DNA of 64,000 bases, from contig OZ287754.1 of the NCBI GenBank assembly GCA_965649765.1, forward strand, positions 27,404,001 to 27,468,000, given 5' to 3'. The notes below the pieces were generated by a model that did no database searches, was not told where the DNA came from, and saw nothing but the letters and a program-made list of their open reading frames with translations. Source of the stretch: Bispira polyomma. Its lineage: Eukaryota. Made by a program: the position numbers and the translations under genes. Below are positions 51,261-64,000 of this stretch, piece by piece. The stretch's first letter is position 1; every line of letters starts with the position of its first letter.

Positions 51261-52914
51261 CGAACCTTATTCCGTCTTTCAGACTATGCTCTTACTAGGA
51301 TATGCGCCAAAGAGCCTGATCATCGATTGTGGCGCCACAGAGCCTGATCATCGATTGTGACGCTATAGAAGTGAAAACATTAAAATTAACATATGTGAAG
51401 CCGTTATTGAATGCTGGAATGAGTCCAGCTTCCTATAAGCTATTACCAATAAGTTTCCTTCAGTTCCGTCCCTCACCTCCCAAGCTCTGTTGGTTTGACT
51501 TAAAAAATATCCACCCTATCATGCATGTGGCAGAAAGTTGGTGCTAGACTAAATGATGAAGGCCAGTTGTTTACAGTGTCAACAAACCTGTATTGTTACA
51601 ATAGACTAGTAATTAACTGCTCATCCCGACAGAATGGGTATAAATATATTGATGGAAATGACAAATTAAACCCTTATTAAACCTGAAGCTCCCCACGGTT
51701 ATGAGGGCTGAGGATATCCTCATGTTTTGTGACGTCATAATTATGGACTGCCTTATGAAGATGACGTTAGAATAACATAGTTATGAGATTCCTATGACGT
51801 GTGACGTTAACAGTAGTGTGGCTATTCTTGACAAAGACTTATATTGTTGAATAGAAAGTCTAATTTGATGAATTGATGTCAGAGTAACCCGTTTCTGGAG
51901 CCCAAACTGTCCATCACTACCAATAACAGCAGCCTAGGACGCCCACAACCAATTCAGCACACTTGTGTATTTGATAATAAGCGAGTGGTAATTTAGTAAT
52001 TCAATACAAACTATAAGTGAAAACAAATTCATTTGAATATCTTGAAAAATTGTAATTTAATGAAATATTATTCCATCTATCAACAACAATTAATAATACT
52101 ACAGTAGAACCTCTACTATCTGAATATGTTAGGTTAGCACAATGTTATTAAGATTATATAAAGGTTCATAAACTAATACAGGTATTTTAGCAAAGATTTA
52201 GGTAACAATTTTAATTTGTCATGTCACAACCTTGACAACACATTCAATGCAAGGAATTGAGTTACAGAAACACTCATGGTTCATCTTTACGTCCATATGC
52301 CTCTAATCATGGTAAAATTCCTCTGCATATACCTGGTTTGTCATGAATTATTGCTTAAATAACAGGAAATATATTTACATAATACAAGTTTATATATTAG
52401 AGGCTTTTTTGTACACCCTCACATACTTCTTTACAATGTGGCTATGGTTTTTTTTACTTCTTGATTAGTTAATTGATTCTATGGTTGCGCTTTATAAGAT
52501 GACCTGCATCAATAAGTCACATTAAAAGTGCAAACTACAATACAAGAATTTCAAACCACTCAGTACATTGACATTTGTCCTTGTTTGTGTTGTTTGTGTC
52601 AAACTTACACCTGCCTGTAATCAAACTGAAATAAATGTCACAAAATATGTCTTTTCCTGGCTTCTTTTACTTTACCCCTCCATCCATAATTCATAAAGAG
52701 TAACTCAATAAAAAATAGAGGTTATTGGGTTTTTTAAGCAAAAAACCCCACTCTATGTTTTCGTCCCAAGTGGCCTATTAGAAGAACCTTTTGGAAACAA
52801 CAAAAATGTCTCTTGATTAAGAGAAAAACAATATGGGTGACATTTAACATTTAGGAAAATAGAGTAGTTGTCATCTTATGAAAACAAAAAGAGCCGAACC
52901 TGTTTCATGAAGCT

Positions 52915-55010
52915 CATATGATATATATATATATAATATCATAGATAAATATAACATCATATTATAGATATATTTAACATCATATCATATATATATATAT
53001 ATATCATAGATATATATAACATCATATTATCGATATATATATAACATCATATCATAGACATATATAAAACCATATCGTAGATATATATATAACAGATATA
53101 TATATATCATCATATCATAGATATATATAACACCATTTCATAGATATATTTAACGTCATATTATAGATAATAATAATATATCAGACTTTTTAAGCGCTTA
53201 TTTTTGTTGTAACAAATTCTAAGGCGCAAAAAACCATAGCCAGAGCCAAAAATCATTGGTGATAGACAGAAGGAAGTCGTCATCAATGCGTCCACTGAGA
53301 ACAGGAAAGAGACTATGGATGGAATGCATCATTGAACAGATAGCTCTTTAAACTGTGCCAGAAGGAATACAGGGACGGAGCTGTACTAATGTGTTGAGGC
53401 AAACTATTCCATAGGGTAGAGGCATCATTTGCAAAACTTTTATCAAAGTGAACCTTTGACCTATGTACTTTAGACTTATATTTTGGAACAAGAAGGAATC
53501 TATTTTTGGGAGCATCTCTCCTGGTATTGACATTACACTTGTAGTAAATCGAGTGTGGTTCAAATTATTTAGGCAAACCCGAATCGCGAAACTTAAAAAC
53601 TATTGTAGCAGTTTTAAACACACACCAATACCTAACAGGGAGCCAGTGGAGTGACTTCAGAATCGGTGAAGCACGTGAAAGCCGAGCAGAACAACTGACC
53701 GGACGTGCCAATGAATTCAGAATGCATTGCACTTTGTTTAGGTCCTTTTTGGTCAAGCTACGACACAGTGAATTGCAGTAGTCTAGTCTGCTACCAACCA
53801 GAGCATTTGCTGCAGTTATTGCAACCGATTTTGGAAGGTACCTCCTGATTCTCCTAAGGTCTCTAAGACCCATGAAGCATGACTTACACACTGATTGGAT
53901 ATGACTGGAAAATGAAAAATCACTGTCAAACAAAACTCCAAGGTTCCTCACTTTATCAGTTGAGGATAACAGTATCCCAAGAATGTTTACTGGAAAAGAA
54001 TTTGACAGTTCAGCACGTTGAGTGCCCGAGCCAAACAATATGAATTCAGTTTTAGCAGATTTCAGCTTGAACTTATTTAGTGCCATACAATTTTAAACAT
54101 CTACTAAACATTTCTGAAGGACTTCCAGGGCGCTGATTGATGTGTTTGGAGTAAGGTGCACGTAGATCTGTTTATCATCTGCATACAAGTAATACTTCAG
54201 AGAAGAATAGGAGGAAATAATTTTGCTAAGGGGTGTAGTATATAATGAAAATAGGAGTGGTCCAAGCACAGAAGCTTGTGGCACACTGAATTTCAGCACT
54301 TGTGAGTCAGACTGAATATCGCCAATTTTAATAGACTTGTACCTGTGTGACAAGTAGGAAACAAACCATTGCAAGACAGATTCTTTCAGACCAAACCAGG
54401 ATTTTAGTCTTTCAATGGGGACATTGTGATCAATAGTGTCGAAAGCAGCTGATAAGTCTAACAGTACTAATGCGGTGGGAACGCTCTTTGATAAAGACAT
54501 ATGAATATCGTTTTTAATATAAAGCAGAGCTCTTTCAGTTGAATGGTATTTTTTGCATGCCGATAGATAGGTGTTTTCTAGGCTGATTTTTTAAGATGAC
54601 TGTTGAGCTGTTGGGCTACAACCCGTTCTATCAATTTTGAGATATAGCATAGTCCAGATACCAGTCGATAATTTTGTAAGTCATTTTTGGTAAGGAAACT
54701 TTCTTTGTAAGAGAAATGACACAGCCCTTTTCAACTTTGTTGGAAAGACCCCCTTAGCTAAGGAATTGTTAACTAGTTGGGTTATTGATGGTAGAAGAAT
54801 TTCCACACATTTCCTTACAATTAATATATATAACATCATATCATAGATATATATAACATCATATCATAGATATATAAAACATCATAATATAGATATATAT
54901 AAAAAACATCATACTATAGATATATATAACATCATATTATAGATTCATATAACATCATATTATAGATACATATAACATCATATTATAGATATATATAACA
55001 TCATCTTTAC
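52915..55010. repeat. AT-rich ~21-25-bp minisatellite (atatataacatcatat(t/c)atag) in two blocks (52915-53168, 54822-55010) split by an L2
   Basis: Many tandem units on both sides of the LINE. Confidence 0.9.
53169..54820 (-). mobile_element. 5'-truncated L2 LINE
   Basis: LDLSAAFDT, VPQASVLGP, YADDKQ, SRLDYCNSL, LHWLPV; 3' end aagcgcttaaaaagtct plus (tta) tail. Confidence 0.93.
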
Positions 55011-57489
55011 ATATATGGGCTCTCCAAACAAAACCGTCATACCTATGTTTTATTATGTAAAATATTATAATAAAAACATACTATTTTTCAGTTTCATTTG
55101 TAGAAGTTTTACAATAATGAATTAGTACACATTTGAAGAGCAATGTATGCATAGCAGATTTGCTCATTAAGTGAATCATTTGAAAAGAACGGGAAAATTG
55201 ATCAATGAAATTGCTGAACTTTTTGGACAAAATGTACATGGCCAAATACCAAGGCGTTAATTTGTATTTTGTTCACCTCACAGGTTCTTGTTGAATCATT
55301 GACCCCAGATTCACATAACTCTTCTTGCCGTTTTGCAGCTGATGGTAAGGCCTAGTCCTAAAATATACATGTTTTCTAAGTTTCACATTCTGTGTCACAT
55401 ACAGCTTGGTTGAGAGATGCATTTACAAGTTTGCAGAAATAAAAAATTCAATGTTGACTAAAACAAAATTTATATAAACCCAATAAGTGGGAAAGTATTG
55501 CTTTTGGTTGGGGTCCTAGTTTTAGGATCACCAGGTATTGAAGGTTAAAATAGAAACAAGGCAATCAACTAAGTGTCATGTCTCCCATTAGGAGCAGAGC
55601 TTGGGAATGCAAGGAGTAATCTTACTATAATAGAAAAATTAAAGTAATCGTTTTTATTGGTTCCTGCTTTTGTAATGGTCCATGTGGTTGGCTAAAACAT
55701 CAGGAGCAAACAAAATCAGGAACATTCATGTAATGGGAAACAGATTAAAAAGTAGATTGTCTATTTGAATAGGTTTATTCATTCAACATTATGTAAGAAC
55801 TATGAAAAAACATTAAACCATTCAACAATAAATGTATAAATGATAACAAAAATTACCGGGAAACATTAGACATTTCTTGTGATATTCTTGAAGATGTATA
55901 TATTTAGTTCAGGAATGTGACAATTTAGCCACCTTATATCACAAAAGGAAACCTATACTCCCCTTGAGGGTGAGAGTATAATAGCTACTAGGCGACAAAA
56001 GAGGATAGGAATAATATTAATGACATTCTGTAACAGTACCATCATTGGTCACCCTACTACATCTTATATATCTTCTTTCTGCTGCCTATAATTAATCATT
56101 TTCTTCTTGGTTTCTGATATTGTCACGTTTTTGTTTGATTAACATCAATTTAATCATTTCACTACCAAAACATAAAAGTATATAAATTTTCTTTAGTTTG
56201 CAGTAACGTCACTTTAAATGCTTTGTATCATTTCTAAAGTACTTTAAAGCATCGGCCAACAGCAAGTACCTCTCTACCGGTTCAACTTGGACCTTTTGGT
56301 CTTTGATAGTGGAAATTGATTCCACTGCTTCTGTTGTTCGTGCACATTTGTCATGTTATTGCTTGTAGGTCAGTGGATTCCAATGCAAGTGGTACTTGTT
56401 TCCTCTACAAGTAATATGTTGAAAGTGGTGTAAAAAAAGGAATTAAATTCAAACTGTACCCATTTTTGGATCTACACGAGGTGACACAACAGGGTTCGCT
56501 ACATATTATGGGTTGATTTTACACGAATTAAGGGCTGTAATATCAATAAATATAACCAAGCTACATGACAAGCTATTAATATTGAAGTAGACTGTATATT
56601 TGTATCCAACTGAACATACAACAAAACCCCCCCCAAAAAACAAAAAAAAAACAACAAAACATCTTAATCAGGATCTTTAAAATTAGTTTTTGCATAAAGC
56701 AAGTGTTAACAATATGCTTTGGGAAAGCCACAACGATGACGTCATACACCATTTTGAGCATATAGAAAATACTGTTAATGCATTTGAACCTGTACTTATT
56801 TCCGTTTAAGATCTTCAATATTCTTTTCATGTTTAGTAGTTGAGCAGAAATTCAATGTCGCTGTGAGTGACACATGAGATAATGTACAATCAACCCATCT
56901 TGTGTCACTCTAGGAAAGTGCGTCAAATGAATCACTATTGATCCCTAAATAAACAATGTTTTTTTTTATAAATCTTTACTGGATAGGTTTCAAAATTTCA
57001 GAAATAGTATTGGTAGTTAAAATATTGATAAAAGAATCTGGCTGTAGCCTCATTTATGACCATTTTAGGATCCATTTTTACTGTGGACATACATTTAGAC
57101 CCATTTGTCTGTTGTCCCATTTTAGACTTCATACGTCCATTGACCCATAGTGTTGCCAAAGGAATTACATTGCCTGCAGCAAGTTACCATAGTTGATCCA
57201 TACATGCAATTAATTGACGTTCTCATGTATTGCAATGACTTAATATCATCTAGAAAAAGGTACAAGTTTAAGTGTCTAGGTAACAGTTTGGGTAGTTGCA
57301 TAAATATGATTATAACTTAATGCTTAAGTTCAGAAAATTGGATTTGAATCCATACTGTAGGGAGGCGAGTATGTTACAACTTCACCACTCGGGCTCCCTT
57401 ACCCATGCAAAATAGTGTAAAATTTGGGTGGATTTGCTTGCTTGTAAATTTAAAATCTGTACTTAACACCAAACTGAAGGCAATTGTTG

Positions 57490-57682
57490 GCTTTAACTTG
57501 ATATGGATTTAACATCACCATCAACACATTATATAGGTCATATTACGACAGGCAGTAGTAGTTTTAGTTGGTCAAGATTGTACACTGTGAACTAGCGACC
57601 ATTGGCAAGTGACTGCCAACTTGCCCACTTAAAACCCTGGTTGAGATACAAACCGAGGGCCTTTTAGGTGGGAGGCGAGTGT
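57490..57682 (-). mobile_element. Older SINE related to the young family
   Basis: Decayed tttaacatcacc...aggtcatatt.cgac...gtcaagatt.t.cactg...cccac. Confidence 0.6.
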
Positions 57683-58504
57683 TATTATATAGATAAACAC
57701 CAATTGGCACTACATTATATCAATTTAATGGAGTACGAGGGCCTTTAGGGCTGAGATTACATAATGTAAGTACTACGAGGTGTTTATCTACTATGAACCC
57801 CAAACCAACTAAAACCACATTTTTGAATGAAAATTGAAATTAAATTAATAATGATTCTTTAAATATTTATTTTATTAAATGGTAGAGAAAACGCTACCAC
57901 AAGATTATTTTTCTAATGCTACATTATTAACAATAATGTAGTGACACTTCAATGACAATGCATACGGCTTGGGTTTTATTATTGCACAGCTGAGGCTCCT
58001 GACTGCTATTGTCGACGTTCCTCGACAAAGACAGACTTTCTTAATGAGAATAGCAATCTCCTAATAGTCATGTTGTGTTTTTTTCTGACCAAAGAAGTAT
58101 TTTCTCTTTTGCATAATTTTGCATATAAACTATATGATTTATACACAGAGGAAGTAATAGTGCACTTCAATATCATCAGTTTTCTAATTTAAAATTGCCA
58201 ACTACAAAGTAATACAGATGAAAAATATATATACAATTTCATATCTTTTAGATACCACATCTGCTCTCGTGACCTTGGTGAGCCATGAGTAAATTGCTTT
58301 ATAAGAAATCTTAAACCTGTAGCCATGTTAAATTTCGTTGTGTATGAAAATTAAATTAAGGGAATTGTCACAGTACAGCAAACGTGAGAAAAACAGAGTG
58401 GCTTAGCCGGTCTGATGTAAAACTATGCGAGTATGTAATAAATACTTCAAGGTCATTACATTGTTACATTACAAGTAACAGCAACATGACCGCTTAATGA
58501 AGAA

Positions 58505-58922
58505 GTGACAAATCTTAGCTCATGACTTTTAAGAATTAAAACTTATTATGTTGATAAGTCTATTTTTGACATAAAAACAGTATAATTCTTGGCAAAAGTA
58601 AAGTATATTTTTTTTGTTCAAATTTGCACCTGCATACAATATATGAATTCCCTTACAATTTCAAATTCTGTGTTGCAAATTAATGAAATGGTACCCCTAG
58701 TGAGCTTACCAAAAAAGGCACCATCTTCTCCACTAACTAATTAATTTGTTCATCTTGTAGAACTAAATACATTTTAAAGCTTAAATATGCTTGCTTAATC
58801 TTCTAAAGCAACTATATTCAACCATGCTCATGACAATTAAGCACTTCCTTTTTTATGTCAAAAATAGACTTATTAACATAATTAATTTTAATTCTCAAAA
58901 GTCGTGAGCTAAGATTTGTCAC
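58505..58922. repeat. Inverted repeat (~73-bp arms), MITE/foldback remnant
   Basis: 58505-58577 is the reverse complement of 58850-58922 with a few mismatches. Confidence 0.85.
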
Positions 58923-60983
58923 CAAGTTTAGAGATGACATACTGGAAAAAAATCTTATCAAACATCCATGCAAAAATGCGATAGTCTTAGCTTACGATAC
59001 AATCACTGCCTTTATACTATCCTTGATAAACATGCGCCTTCGGTATCTAAAACCCTTCCCCAAAACTAACCCCCCATGAATGGACCAACGCCACCATCAC
59101 AGAGGCCAAAAGACGCAAACGCCAACTTGAGCATCAATGGTGACGCACAAAATCCTGCTTTGACAGAAGCTGTTACCCTATCGCCACAAATAATTACAAC
59201 AGGCTAATAACTGATGTCAAAAAGCAACATTACGACTCTATCAGCAGTGAAAATCAGGATAATCCCAAAAGGTTATGGTCCTCCATCAACAAAATTCTAC
59301 ATCGTACATTAGAGAAAGTTCTCCCAATAAACCACTGCCTTACTCTGTTAGCCAAAAAAATTTGGAAAATTTTTCATATAAAAAATCAGCAACATTCGTG
59401 ACGGTTTTCCAACGATACATCACTTCAGTCCTCCAACCCCAGGATATAAGGTTTCTAACCTGTTACATATCAGAAGACTGTCAGAGCGGGAAGTTCTGAA
59501 ACTCATAAAATCTTCTACTAGTAAGTCTTGTGATTTAGATCCTTTCCCAGCAGTTATTCTAAATTAATGTCTTGACATTCTAGTCACACCCATAACAAAC
59601 ATACTAAATTTTTCTCTTCGGGACGGTGTTTTTCCCACCTGGTTCAAGGATTCAAATGTAACTTCCTTGATTAAAAAACAAGGGCTTGATGAAAACCAGC
59701 TCAAAAACTACAGACCGGTGTCAATCATCAGCTTCGTCTCAAAAGTCATCGAGAAAGCTGTAGCTCAACAAATTTCTGACCACCTTAATAGGCAAAACAT
59801 TGAAAATCGCCACTAGTCTGCTTACAAAAAATTACACTCTACAGAAAGTGCCCTTTTTTCCATCAGCAATGACATCAATCTTGCACTGGACCACAACAAC
59901 ACAGTGGCCCTCACCCTTCTGGATCTCTCAGCTGCATTCAACACTATTGATCACGTCCTGCTCTGCAACACTCTTAAGCAGTGGTTTGGTATAAATGGCA
60001 GTGTCCTTAAATGGATCAGATTCTACCTTACTCTTAGGGCACAAAGAATTAAATTAGATCATCACCTATCATCTTCCATAAAGCAACCATTTCGAGTAGC
60101 CCAGGGATCCGTCCTTGGCCCTTTACTTCTCACCCTTTATACACAAACAAGAAAAAAAGAAAAACAGTGAAACTCTAAAATCTTTGTTTCCCATCTCCCT
60201 GCTAGGAAAAGACATACTACCTTCCAATAATGCCAAAAACTTGGGTGTCACTTTTGATTCAGCTTTTTCGTTTGACACTCATATTGCCAACATCTGTCGG
60301 TCATGCTATTACCATATACGTGACATCAAAATAATCAGACACCACCTGTCCATGGACACAGCAATAACTGTGGCAAATGTCCTTGTAAGTAGCTGCCTCG
60401 ACTATTGCAACTCTCTCTTGTACAGAGCAAACAAGTCACACATTAAAAACTCCAGTCCATCCAAAACTACCTATGTAGGGTCATTTTTCGCCTGTGTTGT
60501 CACACGGACGTTACTCTTTACCTCAAAAAAAAATTACACTGGCTGCCCATTCAGTCTCACATTTTGTTCAAGATTCACGTTACTATTTTTAAGGCTGTAG
60601 TCACTCAACAGCCCCCTACCTTGCCTCCCTTCTCTCCTTCAGTAACCGCAAGATAGGCAACAGACTCTCTGTCTCTTCGGCCAGACCAATCAGGAAGGCG
60701 GGATTCAGAGCGTTCTCCACTGCAGCTCCACAGTTATGGAACAATCTCCCAGTCGACCTCAGATCCGTTGACACACTTATTGGTTTTAGGAAAAAGCTTA
60801 AAACCTATCTTTTTAACCTTGCCTAACCACCTTAGCTTCCCTCATGCACGCTCCCACTTCCTTCCTTACGACTTTGCAATGTCCATAGACTTAATGATTG
60901 GACCAATGATTCTGCTGTTGCGCTTTAGTAGGTGCCCAGCATCAATAAAGCGCGTTAAAAATCGATAATAATAATAATAATAA
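58923..60983 (+). mobile_element. 5'-truncated L2 LINE with an internal deletion of the YADD region
   Basis: NYRPVS, LDLSAAFNT, VAQGSVLGP, then a jump to FPISLLG, CLDYCNSL, LHWLPI; (aat)n tail. Confidence 0.93.
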
Positions 60984-63539
60984 CTTGCAACTGATGATTG
61001 AAACCGATGATGGACATGTGACATAACACCATGCTATTCATCAATTGTTACCAATTTATGTGAACATATTTTACAGATATGATGACAATATTATATTTTT
61101 AACTATTGATTGAATAGTAACACTATTCTCGTCGAGCTTGGGTTTAGTAGTCATTTAAAAAAATTGTTAATAATACTGCAACGGCCGATTTGTTGATGTT
61201 TTTTATTAGAATCCGGACAAACAAAAAGAGCACTAGATAGTCACTTATAATAATATGAACACATTTTTTGCCGGGAATCATGGGCCCCCATCTATAAAGA
61301 GGCGGTAGAAGACACTAAAACACAGGAAACCCTATCTATATCTAGACATGTTTCAGAGGGTATATTTCCTCTGTAATGGAACAGCTGATTTAATAGGTGG
61401 AAAGACAAGTGACAATAACGTTGAATTTAGGTAGCATTTACGTCATTTTCGACAGCATGGGTCACCTCACGATGACCAAAATTTAATTAAAAGGCTAAAA
61501 TGCACCATTATATGGTAACAAGAATGTAAACTTAATTGGTTTCAGGCCCCATTTAAATCCCTGGGAAACATTGGATAGGTTTCAGCTGGATCGATGAGTT
61601 TGAGTTATAACACCAAGTGTACTCAACCTTTCTGATGATGGGGTGCGTTTTCTTAAATTTTCCTCAATTTATGACCGTGGGGGAATAGTTTAGGACAGTA
61701 TTAGTTGGTGTTATTTAATTTACATTTAAATATCTGACATCCATGTGCCATGTTTGCATTTAACAATAATGTAGTGATGTGGTATTTGGTGGTCTGACAC
61801 ACTGCATTTGTAATTATATACATTGTTACATAATATCAAATCTACAGTAAACTAAGTATTACTGTATCAGCGCTTAAGGTTACTGATTTAACTTATTTGA
61901 GTTACCTTCAAATTTATCAAACTCAAACTTCTTCATAACTTCAGGTTACGGTAGCCTTATGCACTGTACTTGGTAATACGTAGCTTTTTGTTGAGTGCTC
62001 GACCTGGAGGCCCTTGAAATGATCCGATTAAGCTGACACCTGTTATGTAAATCATTTTGATGTAGCGAATATATCCACTAAGCTTGGTCAAGTTCCTTCA
62101 ATTCTTTTAGAGATATTTTAAGTGAAACAGAGCCATTTTCCCCAAAAAATCTATGTCTTCATCTTCAGAAAATTATCCATTTATGGTTTGGATCTTTAAA
62201 TAGCTTAGTGATAGAGCACTTGGTCTGTTGTAAAGATCTGTTCAGTCTAAAAGGCCTGGGTTTGATTCCCAGTTATATGTATTCACGACAGCATAGTTCA
62301 GTGCTAAGTCGGTTGTAAAGTGACCCTTCAGTCTGAGAGGCCTGGGTTTGATTCAAACCAACCTGTACATAATTGTTTGTCATGCTGGTGTACATTCACA
62401 TGTGACACCTATGCCTAAAAAATTGCACTGACTGCCTATTGAGTTCTGTATTACATTTAAGGTAAATCTTCTAATTTTTGAGACTCATCTCTGCCTTAAA
62501 CTCATTGCTTGCCGTCTATGGATTTCCAAAGAACGCAGTATCTTTTAGTAGGTTCAGGGCTTGGCTTGTTATGTAACAAGAAACAGACATGCTGCATTAT
62601 TGATATAGCCATATGCAGAATGCTATTTACTTATTGTTGCCAATGTTCAAACGGGCTCACACTGCAGTAATGAGAGGTGCAATCGAAGTATGATATGATA
62701 GATTTTTAACGTGCCTAGTTGATGCCAGGCATCTTCTAAAGCCCAACATCATTGACAAAATTGTTAAATTCATGGTCTGTTTCCAATAAAAATTCACGAT
62801 CAAAGGGTGACGTCAAGTTCACAGAAATCTATGGAGGGTAAGTGAGGATGAAGAGATGTCACGTGATATGATTAATTGTTATGTAATGGTATTATCTGAC
62901 TGGTTTATAGAGATGTTATTATTGAAAACCTTTTCTGGCAGTTCTAATCGTATCAAATGCTAAGGTGTCATGGTATATTATATGAGGCCATTATGGCATG
63001 TAACTTACAAGTATGCTTTGCACACATGTGTCCTGCTGATGGTATATATCTCAAGCCTGGGATGACATCAATTAGACAGGGTTGTATATGACTTTATGGT
63101 AACAATATATCTCAATATCAGTTTTATATTACTTTGCCTAAATGGCCTGAATGAAATGTTTGTTCATGTGACTTAATTTCCTCTGCGATAGTGATTTTGT
63201 TAAATACAGTTGATAATCATAAGCTAAATGATCCACATAACCATCTGACGGCGCTGACTTTGACCTATTTTGACTGTCTACTTTTAGGTACATTGTTAGT
63301 TTAATGAGCTTAACATGTAAGCATTGCAACCAATGCATGGAATTGTAACAAGCAACAAAACATCTATGATTGAAGTTTTTGTCCTCTTTTGACTTTTACC
63401 CTTCCCCTCCCCTTGGTATGGAGGACTTCCATTTCACAGAAAATGAAAGATACTTTCATGTTCAATACTTAATCGGTGGTATCACATTTAACTGTGAAAC
63501 TTATTAAACTCAACCAACCTCTTTATTTGTCCTCACTCA

Positions 63540-63862
63540 TTAAGTCTAGCCTTACCCGGACACACCAACCTCCCCATTTTCTCAACCAGACAAAATATGA
63601 AAATCGGCAGCCTCTGATTAGCTGCGGCAGCTCCTGTTGAATGGAAAATGCTTCCACAAACTATGAGATCACAGGATACAATCCCTGGTTTCAGAGGCCA
63701 TCTCCAAACTAACCTTTTCATACTGCCCTCCTTAATCTCTTTCCTGGTGGATGTTGTTTGTGGTAACAACCCTTTGCTTGACCTTGGAGCATCCCTTCTT
63801 GGATATCATCGTCTTAGTGGATGTTCTCCTATAAATGCTTTAAATATTATAAATATTATAAA
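63540..63862 (+). mobile_element. L2 3' fragment
   Basis: AAAPVEWKMLPQTMRS...FRGHLQTNLF, then 3' UTR and AT-rich tail. Confidence 0.7.
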
Positions 63863-64000
63863 ATAGGATAAATAAAACAACACGTTTACTATATAAATAT
63901 GACAAGTTTCTTCAACCCTTACGAAAGAGAATTAATTTTAATAATTTGCGAAACGATTTATAAACTCATGTCCTTAATTTTTATACTCACAAAATGCTCT

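Larger units (their letters stand above)
49329..51390 (+). mobile_element. 5'-truncated L2 LINE interrupted by two SINEs
   Basis: YRPV, HSTETALL, LDLSAAFDT, VPQGSVLGP, YVDDTQ, SRLDYCNSL, HWLPI; 3' end gacgctatagaag. Confidence 0.93.

Overview
AT-rich eukaryotic (metazoan) DNA with no recognisable intact host gene. The tRNA-derived SINE family suggests a mollusc, probably a bivalve (inference). The backbone is a mosaic of about four decayed paralogous copies of a non-coding unit longer than 10 kb. Each copy has independent TE insertions, so empty target sites can be read in sister copies. Insertions: a Ngaro-like tyrosine-recombinase retrotransposon (13872-18815; gag, RT-RNase H, YR), four long L2-type LINEs plus fragments, two Tx1/L1-type LINEs, an internally deleted PIF/Harbinger transposon, several MITEs, a young tRNA-SINE family, and an isolated C2H2-zinc-finger/A32-type (Polinton/adintovirus-like) packaging ATPase pseudogene (41130-41929). 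Most notable: a classical -1 ribosomal frameshift architecture at the YR element gag/pol junction (A_AAA_AAC plus hairpin, pol open in the -1 frame), the odd termini and 1.1-kb flanking duplication of that element, the orphan ZnF-ATPase cassette, a 2A-like motif in an L2, and a Tx1 whose RT is replaced by an inverted duplication. All alignments and identities were judged by eye.
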